DNA from: an uncultured delta proteobacterium
GTDB lineage: Bacteria; Desulfobacterota; Binatia; UBA9968
Direction: 5' to 3'
Assembly (NCBI GenBank): GCA_963760795.1
Contig: CAVXEP010000009.1
Location: 1-64,000, forward strand
Length of the DNA: 64,000 bases
This document shows positions 63,129 to 64,000 of the stretch, piece after piece. The notes beneath the pieces were generated by a model. It was not told the DNA's origin. It saw only the letters and a program-made list of their open reading frames with translations, and made no database searches. Made by a program: the position numbers and the translations under genes. The first letter of the stretch is position 1. Each line of letters begins with the position of its first letter.

Positions 63129-64000
63129 CGCCCTGGATAGAGCCGGGCAAAAAAACCTTCCTGTTCGAGTTCGCGCACCACGCTCGAGTCGGTCAGCGTT
63201 TCGGCTGATTTTCCTTTAAGGCCCGGCTTGGCTGCGAACTCTGCGATACCCAGCGCGACGTTATCGATTTTCGGATAAGGCTTTTCCGGGATCGCGTGCT
63301 GGACATAAGTCCGGTACATGAATTCTAGCAACCCCGAGTCGCTCACTTTCAAATAACGGGTGTAAATGCCATTCGCCGCCCCACGGTCGCGCCGCGCCAA
63401 GGCGATCGCTTCGCTGAGCGCCTGGGTAAATCGCTTCACAGCGTCCCGCGAGCCGGCGAATAATTTGCGCGTCACTGCGAAGTCGACACCGGCGCCGATG
63501 TAGAGTTTCAGACTGTCGTTGTCGGCGAGCACGCGAACCTTTTCGATCTCGCCGCGCCGTTCCAAATCGAAGATATTATCTTCATTGCTGGTGGTCGCGT
63601 CGATCTCGCCTTTGAGCAGCGCATTAACCCGCAGCACGCTGCGGCTGCCGAAGGGCACCAGGGTAACGTCTTTGTCAGCATCCAAGCCGAGACGGCGCAA
63701 GGTTTCGCGCGTGATGCGGTCTTGCGAGCTGCCTGCTTCGCCGGTGCCGACCGCTTGCCGCGCAGTTGCTCCGGCCGAGTGATCGATGGCTGCGATAACA
63801 GCTTGAGCACGCTGTAACCGGTGTTGGCGAAGAAAACCAAATCCGCGCCGTCACCGATGGCCGACACCATCCAGTTGGCGGTGGCGACATAAATATCCGC
63901 GGCATTAGTGCGCGCGCCGTCAGCGATCGCCTCGCCCGAGTTGGGCGTTTTGATTTCAACGTTCAAACCATATTTCGTGAAAAGCCCCGCGTCCTGGGCC
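63125..64000 (-). CDS. NMT1/THI5-like substrate-binding protein (5' end outside window, frameshifted)
   Basis: AQDAGLFTKYGLNVE..EQLRGK..GLDADKDV..VRELEQEGF. Confidence 0.8.

Noticed and set aside
2600-64000. Widespread pseudogenisation or programmed frameshifting
   Set aside because: Single-base shifts hit unrelated genes, often at short homopolymers, while the protein motifs stay intact. Long-read indel error is the simpler explanation, though reads are needed to confirm.

Overview
GC-rich bacterial window. The gene content and intergenic repeat style suggest a Deltaproteobacteria-like lineage such as Ca. Binatota (inference only). Many single-base frameshifts look like long-read assembly errors. 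Left to right: (1) a decayed island edge at 1-2030 with an AbiJ-like remnant, a tyrosine-integrase C-terminal remnant, a tRNA 3'-end att-like fragment and an inverted-repeat-flanked RAYT/HUH transposase; (2) a ~11.7 kb minus-strand gene for a giant Sec-signal Rhs/YD (teneurin-like) protein with a beta-helix, cadherin-like repeats, a ~1000-aa glycine-rich insert inside the YD shell and a low-GC C-terminal tip; (3) CBS protein, cheY and a flagellar basal-body/hook operon (flgB..fliK-flgD-flgE-flgE) with a sensor kinase, three sigma54 activators and recognisable sigma54/sigma28 promoters; (4) a catabolic region with four Rieske oxygenases, LigB-like, RraA-like, UbiD, DapA-like, two ComD/ComE-like TPP pairs, a Mo-hydroxylase and orphan substrate-binding proteins; (5) tRNA-Val(CAC) with mobile-element debris; (6) a cluster of signal-peptide-bearing Rid-family and MBL-fold proteins. 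No CRISPR array or rRNA was seen. The most novel candidates are the giant Rhs architecture and the exported Rid/MBL cluster.
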